From NCBI GenBank assembly GCA_965205505.1, contig CBDBHB010000009.1, positions 640,001-704,000 on the forward strand: a DNA stretch of 64,000 bases, written 5' to 3'. The stretch is from Acidobacteriota bacterium. Its GTDB lineage: Bacteria; Acidobacteriota; UBA890; WLXD01. Positions 38,801 to 49,797 of the stretch are shown one piece after another. Both the position numbers and the translations under genes were made by a program. Under the pieces are notes generated by a model. It was not told the origin of the DNA. It did not search any database and worked only from the letters and a program-made list of their open reading frames with translations. The stretch's first letter is position 1, and the number at the start of each line of letters is the position of its first letter.

Positions 38801-40635
38801 GGGTTAGCCCCCAATTGCTCGCTCACGCAGCGTTGGTCGTCGTCTTGTCGCTCAGCGGTGCCACGCGGGTGCACGGACAGCAGACCGTGAGCGCCTTGCA
38901 CGGCGCCGACGCCATTCGCAGACACGTCGAGTTCCTCGCATCTGAGGCCCTGGAGGGCCGGCTAACCGGTGCGGAAGGGGCCGCCCGAGCCGCCGACTAC
39001 CTGATCCAGCAGCTACAGGAGCTCGGGGCCAAGCCGCTGCCCGGGGCGGCCGCCTATCGCTTACCGTTCGAGTTCACTGCCGGGATCACCGACGCAGGCA
39101 GCAGGCTGCGCGTTGCGCAACGGCAGTTCTCCGCTGACGACGGCATGGTTCAGGCGCTCGCGTTCTCGGAGAACGCCACCGTTAGCGGCGAGTTGGTGTT
39201 CGCTGGCTACGGCCTTTCGATTCCCGAGAGCCAGAGCTACCCCTATGACAGTTACTTCGGGCTCGACGTTGCCGACAAGATCGTCGTCGTGCTGCGTTAC
39301 ATTCCCGAGGACGTCGACCCGGAAACGCGGGTGATTCTGTCGCGGTACTCGGGCATGCGTTACAAGGCGCTACAGGCGCGTGAGCGTGGCGCCAAGGGGC
39401 TGCTCGTGGTTACCGGGCCGCGCTCTCCGAACGCCGGCGGGCTGGTGAGGATGACCTTCGACACCGCTGCAGCCAGCTCCGGCATCGTCGCCGCGAGCGT
39501 CGATGGTGGCGTGACCGAAGCGATCTTCGCGGCCGTCGATCGGAGCCTCGAGGAAGTTCAGGCAGAGCTCGATACTGGTAACCCCCACATCGGCGGCTTC
39601 GAGCTCGGCGTGGCTGTCGAGCTCAGCGTCAGCGTTCATCGCCAGCGCGGCGAGGGCAACAACGTGATCGGTTACCTGCCCGCATCCGGCTCGACGGACG
39701 GTGTAGATCGCCCCTGGGTCGTGCTTGGCGCTCACTACGACCATTTGGGCCGCGGCACGGGCGGCAACTCGCTGGCCCGCAAAGATGAGGCGGGCCAGGT
39801 ACACAACGGTGCCGACGACAATGCCTCCGGAGTGGCCGCCGTGCTCGCCGCTGGCGCCCGGCTGGCAGGCATGCCACACGCGCGCAATGTGGCGCTGGCC
39901 TTTTGGTCCGGCGAGGAGCTCGGCACCATCGGCTCGCTCGACTTCACGCGTGGCGGCGAGTTGTCGATGCAACAGGTCGCGGCCAACCTCAACTTCGACA
40001 TGGTGGGTCGCTCACGCGACAACCAGCTCGTGTTGCAGGCGGTTGGTAGTAGCGCCGTGTGGCCGGGTCTCATCGAGCGTAGCAATGTGGTGGTGGGCTT
40101 CGACATCAAGATAGACGACAACCCCTACCTGCCGACGGATTCCAGTTCTTTCAACCAGGCTCGCGTGCCGACGCTGGCATTCTTCACCAACGTGCACACC
40201 GATTACCACCGTCCCAGTGACGACGTCGAGTTGCTCAACATCGAGGATCTCGCTCGAGTAGCTCACCTCGGTGCGCTGGTGGCCCACAAGGTCAGCAATT
40301 TGGATGCAGCACCGCAGTTCGTTGCTGTTCAACGGACCGGCAACGAGCAACAAGGAAGCCGCGACACCGTGAGAGCGTTCACCGGCACGATCCCCGACTA
40401 CGCCTCGGATATCGAGGGCTTGCTCCTCGGCGGGGTAATCGAGGGCGGCCCAGCAGAGGAGGCAGGGCTGCGTGCCGGCGTTGTGATCATCGAGTTCGGT
40501 GGCCAGACGATCGCCAATATCTACGACTACACCTACGCTCTCGACGCGGTGAAGATTGGCGACCCGCTCGAGATCGTCTTCATGCGCGATGGCGAGCGCC
40601 ACGAGACCACGATGACGCCGCGGGCGCGCAGCTGA
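38797..40635 (+). CDS. M28 aminopeptidase with PA and PDZ domains
   Basis: GAHYDHLG, NGADDNASG, SGEELG, NFDMVGR, DYHRPSD; C-terminal PDZ. Confidence 0.9.
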   Translation: MRVSPQLLAHAALVVVLSLSGATRVHGQQTVSALHGADAIRRHVEFLASEALEGRLTGAEGAARAADYLIQQLQELGAKPLPGAAAYRLPFEFTAGITDAGSRLRVAQRQFSADDGMVQALAFSENATVSGELVFAGYGLSIPESQSYPYDSYFGLDVADKIVVVLRYIPEDVDPETRVILSRYSGMRYKALQARERGAKGLLVVTGPRSPNAGGLVRMTFDTAAASSGIVAASVDGGVTEAIFAAVDRSLEEVQAELDTGNPHIGGFELGVAVELSVSVHRQRGEGNNVIGYLPASGSTDGVDRPWVVLGAHYDHLGRGTGGNSLARKDEAGQVHNGADDNASGVAAVLAAGARLAGMPHARNVALAFWSGEELGTIGSLDFTRGGELSMQQVAANLNFDMVGRSRDNQLVLQAVGSSAVWPGLIERSNVVVGFDIKIDDNPYLPTDSSSFNQARVPTLAFFTNVHTDYHRPSDDVELLNIEDLARVAHLGALVAHKVSNLDAAPQFVAVQRTGNEQQGSRDTVRAFTGTIPDYASDIEGLLLGGVIEGGPAEEAGLRAGVVIIEFGGQTIANIYDYTYALDAVKIGDPLEIVFMRDGERHETTMTPRARS

Positions 40636-41793
40636 TTGATCGATACCAGCTACCTCGTCGATCGACTCAGCGCCTACGTTGCTACGCCGTCGATCAATCC
40701 GGCCTTCGACTCGAACGGCAGCGAAGCTCTGCTTGCCGCGATCGTCGCCGCTGATCTGGAAGACCTCGGCATCGCCCCGCAGATGATCGAGCCCGAGCCC
40801 GGCCGCACCTCGGTCGTCGGCCTGCTGCCGGGCTCCGGCGACGGTGCATCTCTGATGCTCTACGCTCATCTCGACACCGTTGGGGTCGAGGGAATGGAGG
40901 CGCCGTTCGAGCCGGTAGTCCGCGACGGGCGACTATACGGTCGTGGCGCCTACGACATGAAGGCGGGACTTGCCGCGTGCATGACCGCTGCCAAGGCACT
41001 GCGCGATATGGACGGCCAGCTGGCGGGTGACGTTCTGGTGGTGGCCGTGGCCGACGAGGAGGAGGCTAGCGTTGGCATGCAGGCGGTGCTCGAGCAGTTC
41101 CGTGCCGATGCCGCTATCGTCACCGAGCCCACCGAGCTGCAGCTGTGCCTGGCGCACAAGGGCTTCGCCTGGGTCGAGGTCGAGGTCCCTGGCGCCGCTG
41201 CTCATGGCAGCCTCTTCGAGCGCGGTGTCGACGCCAACCTGCGCATGGGTCAGCTACTGGTACGGCTGGCCGGGCTCGAACAGGAGATCCGCGAGCGACC
41301 ACCCCACCCGGTGCTGGGGCCGGGATCAATGCACGTGGCGCGCCTCGAGGGTGGCACCGGTTGGAGCACCTATGCAGCGCGCTCGGTGGCGCAGATCGAG
41401 CGCCGACTGCTGCCGGGCGAGGATGGCCGGCTGGCAGTGCACGACATTGAGGAGCTCCTCGGGCGCCTCGAGGCGCCTGCTGCTGATATGACGGGGAGGG
41501 CACGCTTGGTGCTCGAACGCCCGGCGTTCGAAGCTCACGCCGATTCCAGGATCGTTTCGGTTGTTTCGAAGGCAGCGCAGGGCGCCCTGGGCGGCCCACC
41601 GAACCGGCTCGGCTTTCCCTACTGGATGGATGCGGCCTTTCTCGCTGCTGCCGGCATCGACACGGCGGTGTTCGGCCACGCCGGCAGCGGTGCACACGCC
41701 ATCGTCGAGTGGGTCGACCTGGACTCGGTAGAGAAGTTGAGTGCCACGCTGGCCCACGCGGCTCTCGATTATTGCGGCGCTTCCTTGCTGTAG
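40636..41793 (+). CDS. M20 ArgE/DapE-family deacylase
   Basis: AHLDTV, GRGAYDMK, ADEE, TEPT, GAHAIVEW. Confidence 0.88.
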   Translation: MIDTSYLVDRLSAYVATPSINPAFDSNGSEALLAAIVAADLEDLGIAPQMIEPEPGRTSVVGLLPGSGDGASLMLYAHLDTVGVEGMEAPFEPVVRDGRLYGRGAYDMKAGLAACMTAAKALRDMDGQLAGDVLVVAVADEEEASVGMQAVLEQFRADAAIVTEPTELQLCLAHKGFAWVEVEVPGAAAHGSLFERGVDANLRMGQLLVRLAGLEQEIRERPPHPVLGPGSMHVARLEGGTGWSTYAARSVAQIERRLLPGEDGRLAVHDIEELLGRLEAPAADMTGRARLVLERPAFEAHADSRIVSVVSKAAQGALGGPPNRLGFPYWMDAAFLAAAGIDTAVFGHAGSGAHAIVEWVDLDSVEKLSATLAHAALDYCGASLL

Positions 41794-42631
41794 TTCACCA
41801 CCGTATCGATGATGCCGAGCTCGACGCGCCGGTTGCGGGCACGTGCCGCCTCGCTGACGCCCTCGGCAAGAGGTTGTGTCTTGCCGAAGCCCTTCATGGC
41901 GAGGATCTCGCGATCGAGGCCAGCTGCCGCCAGGTAATCGAAGACCGCTTGAGCGCGCTGTTCCGATAACGTCTGGTTGTAGGCGAGTGTGCCGATATCG
42001 TCGGTGTGGCCAAAAACCTGAATGCGGTAGCCCGTAGAGGTCATCAACACGCCGACGATGCGGCTGAGTAGCTCGCGGTCGGCCGGCTTGAGATCGGCCT
42101 TGTCGAACTCGAAGTTGATGGTCTCCTCGCCGAGGTTCATGACCAGGCCCAGTGCGGTGCGCTGGGTGTCGGCGATCTGACCGAGCACATCTTGCAAACG
42201 CGACATCTCTGCATCGCGCTGAGCGAGAATACGGTCGGCCTCGGCGCGTGCTTCCCGTGCGGCACCCTCGGCCAGGTAGGCGCGCTGCTGGGCGAAATCC
42301 GCCTCGCTTTCGGCTGCGAGCTGGGCTTCTTCGGCGAAGGGCGTGCCTGAGCTTCATCGTCAGCGCGCTCCTTGGCCTCTCCTACGAGCACGCCGGCAGC
42401 AGCAGCGGCTGCCTCAGCTTCCCGAGCCTGCCGCGTCGCCTGGGCAGCCCGCTCGCGGGCCTCCCCAACATCGTCGCCGAGGGCGGCCATCCGACTCTCC
42501 ACCTCCCGCATGCGCAGGAAGACAAACATCACGAGGCCCGCCAACAGGACGACGAGCAGACCGATCGTCCATAGACGCAGAGCCTTCGGCTCCTTTTGGC
42601 TGTATTGCTCGTCGTACGTCTCGTCCGTCAC
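41769..42631 (-). pseudogene. Membrane-anchored coiled-coil OmpA/MotB-like protein, frameshifted
   Basis: GTG 42631 after GGAGG; TM helix and Ala/Glu coiled coil; single-base loss near 42340; OmpA_C (FEFDKA, GHTD, NQTLSEQRA, NRRVE). Confidence 0.8.
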
Positions 42632-42826
42632 GCGCCCACCTCCCGTCGAGCTGCGTCGCGTCGCCTTCCTGACACCATGAATATACCGCCCACGGTCGTC
42701 ACCAAGCACGGCGCGGTCACGAGTTGGCAGTCGCCAGCGGCCGAGAGCAGCCCGGGCGGCGGGACGAGGCGGCGTAACGTACCAGGCTGGTACCATGAGA
42801 AATCTGTCTCCCCGCACGGAGCTCTC

Positions 42827-43108
42827 ATGGTTCGACGAACGGTCGTGCTCTCTCCACCCAACACGTTCTTCGGCCGCGTGGCCTGGGCGCTGGCTACCGT
42901 CGTGGTCGTGGCGCTCGGGTTCTTCCTGCTCACTGCCGGTTTCGTTGTGGCGCTGGGGCTCGCAGCGGCAGCAGTGTTGCGCATCTGGTGGCGCGGGCGT
43001 CGCATGCGGCAGTACTCCGAGACCGGCTCAGGAGATCTGCTCGAGGTCGAGTACACCGTCGAGCACGACAACCCGGTGGTGTTACCGCGAGGCTCGGGCA
43101 GGCGCTGA
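42827..43108 (+). CDS. Small membrane protein
   Basis: Hydrophobic hairpin, then RIWWRGRR and LEVEYTV. Confidence 0.65.
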   Translation: MVRRTVVLSPPNTFFGRVAWALATVVVVALGFFLLTAGFVVALGLAAAAVLRIWWRGRRMRQYSETGSGDLLEVEYTVEHDNPVVLPRGSGRR

Positions 43109-43147
43109 GCGCCCTCGCCGATTGATCGAACCGCGGAGGTGATCTCG

Positions 43148-45100
43148 ATGCGGCGCGTTATCACAGGAGCTCGCTGGCTCGGCATCATTGGCTTGCTGAT
43201 CTGCGCGTTGCCCACCGCGGCGTAGGAGGGCGCGCTGCCGGCTGTGGCACAGGTCGAGGACGCGGAGCCCGTCGCGGTGCGCGGCCCGGTCGACCCGGCG
43301 CATCTGGAAGCCTTCTTCGATGGCCTCATGGCGGCGCAGCTCAAGGACCACCACATCGCCGGTGCCACCGTCGCCGTGGTGCGCGATGGTGCGGTGCTGC
43401 TGGCCAAAGGCTATGGGTTCGCCGACGTCGAAAACCGTCGCCGGGTGAGCCCCGACACGACGTTGTTTCGCATCGGCTCGATCTCCAAGACGTTCGTGTG
43501 GACGGCGATCATGCAGCTGGTGCAGCAGGGTCGGATCGATCTCGACACCGATGTCAACGAATACCTCACCGATCTCGAGGTGCCGGCCACCTGCGACGAA
43601 CCGGTGCGCCTGCGGCACCTGATGACCCACACCCCCGGATTCGAGGATCAGGTGATCGGGTTGTTCGCTCGCGACGAGACCAGCCTGGCGCCCCTCGAGG
43701 TGATCCTCCAACGCGAGCTGCCCGACCGGGTTCGCCCGGCCGGTGACGTGTCCTCGTACTCCAATCACGGCACCGGTATCGCCGCGCTCATCGTCGAGGA
43801 GGTTTCGGGGCTGGCGTGGAACGACTACGTCGAGCGGCACATCATCGAACCTCTCGGGATGATCCACACGACGTTCCGGCAGCCGTTTCCGGCAGCGCTC
43901 GATGCCGTGATGTCGATGGGTTACAGCTGGAACGGGACCGGCTTCGAGGAGGAGGACTTCGAGTTCGTCCCGCTCGCACCGGTGGGCGCGGCTGGCGCCA
44001 CTGCCGCCGACATGGCGCGCTTCATGATTGCCCATCTGCAGCTCGGGGTTCTCGATGATGTGCGCATTCTCGACGAGTCGACGGCGCTGCGGATGCAGGG
44101 AGAGCTGTTCAGACACGCCGATCGCATGCACCCGATGGCCCATGGCTTCTACGAGATGGGCACGAACGGCGAGCGCGCCCTCGGACACGGGGGTGACACG
44201 CTCTGGTTCCACTCGGACATGGCGCTGCTTCCGGCACACGGGGTCGGTCTCTTCGTGTCGTTCAACAGTGCTGGAGGCGGTGGCGTGACCAGCGACGTGT
44301 ACCACGCGTTCATGAACGAGTACTTCCCGATCGACGATGCGTCCGAGTTGACCGCGCCTGCCGACTTCGCCGTACGTGGGCAACGCTTTGCCGGTCGCTA
44401 CCGCACCAACCGTTATTCGCACAGCACGCTCGCCAAGCTGACGGCCCTCGGGGCAGCGAAGGTGAGCGTTACCGAGGACGGCGAAGCGTTGGTCACGAGC
44501 GCCACCGGCGCGACGCGTTGGGTCGAGGTGGCGCCGCTGACGTTCCGTGAGGAGCACGGTCAGCGTCTCATTGCCTTCCGCCAGGATGACGACGGCGAGA
44601 TCACCCACCTGTTCCTCGGATGGGTGCCGGTGGTGGCGCTCGAGCGCATCGGCCTGACTGGCAACCCCATGCTGCACGCGGTGATCGCGGTGAGCTCGCT
44701 GGTGCTCTTCATGGGCGCTGCCTTGCTCTGGCCCGCCGCCGCAGCGCTGCGTAGGAAGCACGGATACAGGCTGCCACCCCATCGCCGCATGCCCCTGCTG
44801 ACGAAAAGCGCGGGCTGGCTCGGCAGCGTGCTGTTTCTCACGTTTGCCGCCATGCTCGCGATGTTGACGAGCGATCCGATCCAGATCGTCTTTGGCGCCG
44901 CCCCGTTGCTTCCGGTGGCGTTGACCCTGCCTCTACTGGCGACCCCGGTGGTGGCCGCGGCGATTTACCTCTGTGCCAAGTCGTGGCGCCGGCGAAGAGG
45001 CAGCTTCACGGCACGCCTGGCGTACACGTTGCTGGCCATCGCCTTCGCCGCCACACTGTGGCAGCTCTGGTACTGGAACCTGCTCGGCTACAGGTACTGA
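43148..45100 (+). pseudogene. Serine hydrolase (beta-lactamase/PBP-like) with C-terminal TM helices; in-frame TAG after the signal peptide
   Basis: ATG 43148 after GGAGG; TAG at 43223; FRIGSISK, SYSN, GHGGD motifs. Confidence 0.8.
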
Positions 45101-45149
45101 CTCGCAGGCCACTTCTAAGAGAAGGCCTAGTTCGGTCAAGGGCAATGTG

Positions 45150-45345
45150 GTGCCCAGCGAAGAATCGATCTGCACGGCATGCTCGTATTCGCACTCTGGT
45201 GGACGAGGATTCAGGTCGTCCGGTGCATTCTGGGGTCCGTCCCGATTCGAGGCGCTGCAATCTAGCTGCCGAGCTCGAAGCTCGTAGTGACCTTCGCAGT
45301 CGCCCGGACCGGGCGGTCAGATCGATAACCGTTGGGTCGCGTCGC
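45150..45345 (-). ncRNA. Putative bridge/seek RNA of the IS110 element
   Basis: Structured ~250-nt region 3' of the transposase containing GGTCACT and GCTAGA, which match the two insertion-site flanks; boundaries approximate. Confidence 0.65.
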
Positions 45346-45373
45346 CCTACCGACCTCCTGGTTGCGGGTTAGT

Positions 45374-46420
45374 TCATGCTGCTGAAACCTCTACAGGTGC
45401 GCGCAACGGTTCGTACTCGTCTCCACTCAGCCACAGTCGGTGCAGCACAACGGCGAGCTTACGGGCGACAGCAACTGCTGCCTTTTTGTTGCCATGAGGA
45501 CCACCGCGTCCGGCCAGCTTGAGCCCCCAGCGTCTGAGCTCAGTATCGGGCCCGAAGGGGCCCAGGATGTAATGCGCCGAGCCCACCAACAGGCGTCGGA
45601 GCATTTTGTCGCCCGCCTTGGTTATTCGTAGCGCAGGGTCCTTGTCCCCCGACTGCCGTTTCTTCGGTCTCAGTCCCAGGTACGGGCCCACGGCTCTGGA
45701 GGTATTGAACCGCTCCGGCTCCTCGAGCGTCAGCACATACGCCAGTGCGGTCAGAGCTCCGACCCCGGCCACTTGCTGGAGCTGCTGTGTCTCCGGGTAT
45801 CGCCCCTGGCACAGCTGCACGATCTGACGCTCGTATTGCTGGATGTTGCCCGTCAGCATGGCGATCGTTTCAAGCACCGGCTCGAGCGCTCCCTTGAGCC
45901 GCTCCGGTATGTGCTCTGGCGCGGTGCGCGCGAACGCCGGCGTCGAGCACCTGGGAATACGACAACCGGCCGACTTGACCGCACCACGCACATGGCTCAC
46001 CAACTGCGTGCAGCTCTTTACCAGAGCATCTCGGCTCCGAATCACGGCTAGATCCGCTCGCGCTTGTCTGCCTCGATGCTGCACCGTCTTAAGCAGCTTT
46101 GGGTCCATTCTGCCCACTCGTGCCAGGTGCTCGGCATCCAACCGGTCGGTCTTGTCGTGCTCGCCATAGATCAGCTTCAGCCGCCTCGGGTTAGCCACCA
46201 GCACCTCATGACCCAGTTGCTTCAACTGCTCACTCATCCACGGCGAGCGCGTTCCAACCTCCAGCACTACTCGAGCGGGCTCCTCGCACCCGAACCGCCT
46301 CGCCAGCCCCTCCGGGCTCGTCCTCACCCGCCCTTCCTCCATCACCCTGCCCTTACTGTCGAGCACGCACATACGGCTGTACCGGTCGCTTACGTCCAGT
46401 CCAATCGTTACACTTGTCAT
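45374..46420 (-). CDS. IS110 DEDD recombinase/transposase
   Basis: IGLDVS, VLEVG, KTDRLDA, GVGALTA, YLGLRPKKRQSG, AVAVARKL. Confidence 0.95.
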   Translation of the reverse strand: MTSVTIGLDVSDRYSRMCVLDSKGRVMEEGRVRTSPEGLARRFGCEEPARVVLEVGTRSPWMSEQLKQLGHEVLVANPRRLKLIYGEHDKTDRLDAEHLARVGRMDPKLLKTVQHRGRQARADLAVIRSRDALVKSCTQLVSHVRGAVKSAGCRIPRCSTPAFARTAPEHIPERLKGALEPVLETIAMLTGNIQQYERQIVQLCQGRYPETQQLQQVAGVGALTALAYVLTLEEPERFNTSRAVGPYLGLRPKKRQSGDKDPALRITKAGDKMLRRLLVGSAHYILGPFGPDTELRRWGLKLAGRGGPHGNKKAAVAVARKLAVVLHRLWLSGDEYEPLRAPVEVSAA

Positions 46421-46421
46421 C

Positions 46422-46505
46422 GGCCAACCTCCTTGGGCTTCGAGCCCGTTACGTTTGAAGAAACGTTTGCAGAGCCGTCAGGCTACTGCGTTCAGGAGGT
46501 TGGCC
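46422..46505 (-). promoter_or_regulatory. 12-bp inverted repeat sequestering the transposase RBS
   Basis: GGCCAACCTCCT pairs with AGGAGGTTGGCC immediately before the ATG. Confidence 0.7.
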
Positions 46506-47690
46506 TTCTCATCTCATCTAGCGTGTGCCCTCGATAAGCACCGTATCGATCAGCGCACCTTCGAGGACTGCCTCGACCGTGTCCATGCCCTCGATCACCT
46601 CGGCGAAGATCGTGTAGTCGAAGTCGAGGCGCACGTTGTCGATCAGGTTGACGAAGATCTGCGCGTCGCCGGTATCGCGGCCGCGCGTGGAGATGCCGAC
46701 CGTGCCGCGCAGGTGCGAGCGGTCGGTGATCTCGTCGCGCGTGTAGGGGCCGTCGCCGGCGAACTCGTTGGCGCCTGGGCTCCCCCCCCTGGATCACGAA
46801 GTTGGGCACCACACGGTGAAACGTCAGCCCGTCGAAGTAACCCTGGCGGGCCAGCCGCACGAAGCGCGCTGTGTTGGAGGGTGCGTCGAACGGGTACAGA
46901 CGCAGCGCGAACTCGCCCCCGCCCCGCATACGTACCACGGCGCGGATCTCCTCGATCTCCCCGATCTCCTCGGCACTTGGGAAAGGGGAGGGCGGCAGCG
47001 GCTGCGGGTCGGGCGCAGGCCGCCTTCCGGTCCAGTGCTCGAGAACATCGGCGGCCGCCGCGGCGATGATGGGATCGAAGTCTCGCAGGTAGGCGCCGAC
47101 TGCCTCGGCCTTGTCTGCAGAGCCCAGGCTGCCGATGGCCTCCAGCAGTGCACGGCGTGGAGCGCGCGAGGTCTCACGCTCGAGTGCGGTCACCCGCTCG
47201 AGCGCTGCCAGCAGCTGCTCGACCGGCTGCGCGCCGCCGGTCAGTGCAGCGGCGGCAGCCATCAGTAGCTGCCCGTCATTGCTGGCGAGTACGTTGAGGT
47301 AGAGCTCGTCGCCGGCGTGCCCCGCAGCCGCGCTCAGCCCTGGAATAGCGATTGCCGCGACGTTCGGATGCTTGTCGGCAGCCAGCAGGCGGAGCAGGTC
47401 GACCCAACCGGACGCTGTGGCAGCATGGGCGGCGTACATTCGCATCTGCCACGTCGGGTGATGGCTGGCGGATTCGGCGCGCCGGCGGGCGAGCGCCGCG
47501 TCCAAGGTTGCCAGCGCCACGAGCGCGTGAGCGGGCTCATGCCAGTTGGCCTCGTTTACCGCCTCGATGTTGCTGGCGATCCGGTCCAGGGTCGCGATTG
47601 TGCCGTCACAGCCGGCGAGCGCATCAATCGTCAGCAGTCGAACGGCGGCGACCGCGTCACGGAGTCCGGCGAGCAGTCGCGAACAGGCGC

Positions 47691-48833
47691 CTAGTATAGC
47701 GTATCGTAAATAGCTTTACATTAGATGAAGACCATTGTATTGTGCTTCGCATGGCCACAAAAGCAGAACCGATAGCGCTCGCGGACAAGGATCGAGACGT
47801 TCTGGAAGCCTGGCTCCGAGCCCCCAGCACACCACAGTCAGTAGCGACTCGTGCCGGGATCATCCTGCTGGCGGCAGATGGCGAGTCCAATAGCGGGATT
47901 GCTGATCAGCTCGGCATCAGCCGGCCGACTGTGATCATGTGGAGAAGGCGGTTCGAGAAAGCAGGTCCCGTGGCGCTGGGGCAGACCAGGCCGGGACGTG
48001 GACGACCCCGGTCCATCTCCCGGGACAAGATCAAACAGATCGTCGAAGCAACGTTGCACACCAAGCCACCCAACGCCACTCATTGGTCGTGCCGAACGAT
48101 GGCCAAGGCGCAAGGGGTCAGTGCCGCCACGGTCCAGCGGATCTGGGACGCTCACGGACTCAAGCCTCACTTGGTCAAGACGTTCAAGCTCTCCAAGGAT
48201 CCCCACTTCGTGGACAAGCTCACCGACGTGGTCGGCCTGTACATGAATCCGCCAGATCGGGCTGTAGTGCTGTGCGTGGATGAGAAGTCTCAGATTCAGG
48301 CTTTGGACCGCACGCAGCCGTCGTTGCCGCTCAAGAAGGGCCGTGCCGGAACCATGACCCACGACTACAAGCGCCACGGTACGACGAGCCTTTTCGCCGC
48401 CCTGAACATGCTGGACGGAACCGTCATCGGTCAGTGTCTGCCGCGTCATCGGCATCAAGAGTTCTTGAAGTTCCTACGCAAGCTCGACCGCGAGTTCCCC
48501 CAGGAACTAGATCTGCATCTGATCGTTGACAACTACGGCACCCACACGCACCCCAATGTGAAGAAGTGGTTGTCTCGGCATCGTCGCTTTTACCTGCACT
48601 TCATTCCAACAAGCTCCTCGTGGCTGAACCTGGTGGAGCGCTGGTTCGCTGAGCTGACAACAAAAAGCGTCCGACGAGCTGCGTTTCCTTCCGTCCAAGC
48701 ACTCATCCAAAACATCGAGAACTTCATTGCCAACTACAACGACGATCCCAAGCCCTATGTTTGGAGTGCTTCCGCCCAGCAGATCATCGACAAAGTTAAT
48801 CGCTGTAAAGCCATTTTAGAGACGCTACACTAG
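47691..48833 (+). mobile_element. IS630-family insertion sequence
   Basis: CTAG at both ends; TIRs TATAGCGTATCGTAAATAGCTTTACA vs TGTAGCGTCTCTAAAATGGCTTTACA; removing it restores the host frame VPELGACSRLL. Confidence 0.93.
47751..48833 (+). CDS. IS630 transposase
   Basis: HTH; CVDEKSQIQAL, HDYKRHGT, IVDNYGTH, PTSSSWLNLVERWF. Confidence 0.95.
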   Translation: MATKAEPIALADKDRDVLEAWLRAPSTPQSVATRAGIILLAADGESNSGIADQLGISRPTVIMWRRRFEKAGPVALGQTRPGRGRPRSISRDKIKQIVEATLHTKPPNATHWSCRTMAKAQGVSAATVQRIWDAHGLKPHLVKTFKLSKDPHFVDKLTDVVGLYMNPPDRAVVLCVDEKSQIQALDRTQPSLPLKKGRAGTMTHDYKRHGTTSLFAALNMLDGTVIGQCLPRHRHQEFLKFLRKLDREFPQELDLHLIVDNYGTHTHPNVKKWLSRHRRFYLHFIPTSSSWLNLVERWFAELTTKSVRRAAFPSVQALIQNIENFIANYNDDPKPYVWSASAQQIIDKVNRCKAILETLH

Positions 48834-49797
48834 CTCAGGCACTCTACGGCTGAGGGTCTGCAGCAGCTCGTAGCGGACGCGTCCCTCGGAGTCCTGCAAC
48901 GCGCGGGCGACGAGCAACGACCCGTAGTCTCGCGTCGACCCGATGACGCCGGCTGCCAGACGGCGGACGCCGACATGGGGGTCGCGTTGCAGCGCGAACA
49001 GCAACTCGTCGGTGAGCTCGGCACGCGAGTTGACCATCGCCGAAACCGCGAGGAATCGCACCTGCGCACGCGAAGGGTCGTTGGCGTCGTCCCGTCCGAG
49101 GGCCGCCAGCTCGGCCAACAGATCGAGGCCCTCGGATGGTGCGGTCAGATCGGGGCGCCGCCGAAACAGTGCCTCCATGCCTCGTGTTACGCCGAGCAGT
49201 TGTGCGACACGTTCCCCCGCCTCCGGTCGCACCGCGTCGGAGGTTGCGAGCAACGTAAGCTCTTCTTCCGCGGAGTCGAGCAGCGCTGCCTCGGCTTGGC
49301 GCGCCGCTTCGTCGTCGGCATAGGTCAGCCGGCCTATCGATGTGGCCGCTGCGCCTGCGACAGACGCATCCGGGTCGGTCGTCATCGAGACCCGCAGCGG
49401 TTCAAACCCTGCGCCTCCCGGGCCACGGCTCAATGCCTGGGCCACGGCGGTAGCCGCGGCAGCGCGCACCGAGGCGTCGTCATCTTCCAGCAGCGGCAGA
49501 ATGTCGGGTAGCAGGTCGGCGCGCTCGAGACGGCCGAGGGAGCGGGCGGCGGCGCGGCGCAGCGAACTCTCCTCCGCCCTTGCCGCATCGCGGAGGGTGA
49601 CGATATCGGCCTCGATCGAGCCGCGCCGGTCCTCCGCCTACATCAGCTGGTTGAGCGGGCGAGTACAGCGGATCCTGATGACAGAGAGCGCCCTCAGCCG
49701 CGAGTGTCAGCACCAACAGTAGCCGCATGCGCATGCTGGCGATTATGTGGGCCAGCGATTTGCCTGACCACCCGGTCCGCCGGCGCTCCCCCGATGA

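Larger units (their letters stand above)
45114..46520 (-). mobile_element. IS110-family element, IS1111-type
   Basis: TAGA core at both ends (45114-45117, 46517-46520); sub-terminal IRs GAGAAGGCC 45119-45127 / GGCCTTCTC 46502-46510; long non-coding region 3' of the transposase. Confidence 0.88.
46518..49728 (-). pseudogene. HEAT-repeat + cyclophilin-type peptidylprolyl isomerase, multiply disrupted
   Basis: HEAT repeats; GYFDGLTFHRVVPNFVIQGG...RLDFDYTIF; frameshift near 49660, TAG 49638-49640, IS630 insertion, extra G in a homopolymer near 46785. Confidence 0.88.

Noticed and set aside
43082-44782. 566-aa minus-strand ORF and similar long antisense ORFs (e.g. 33429-34580, 30933-32009, 61116-62351)
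   Set aside because: Shadow frames of well-supported genes in high-GC DNA, with no motifs
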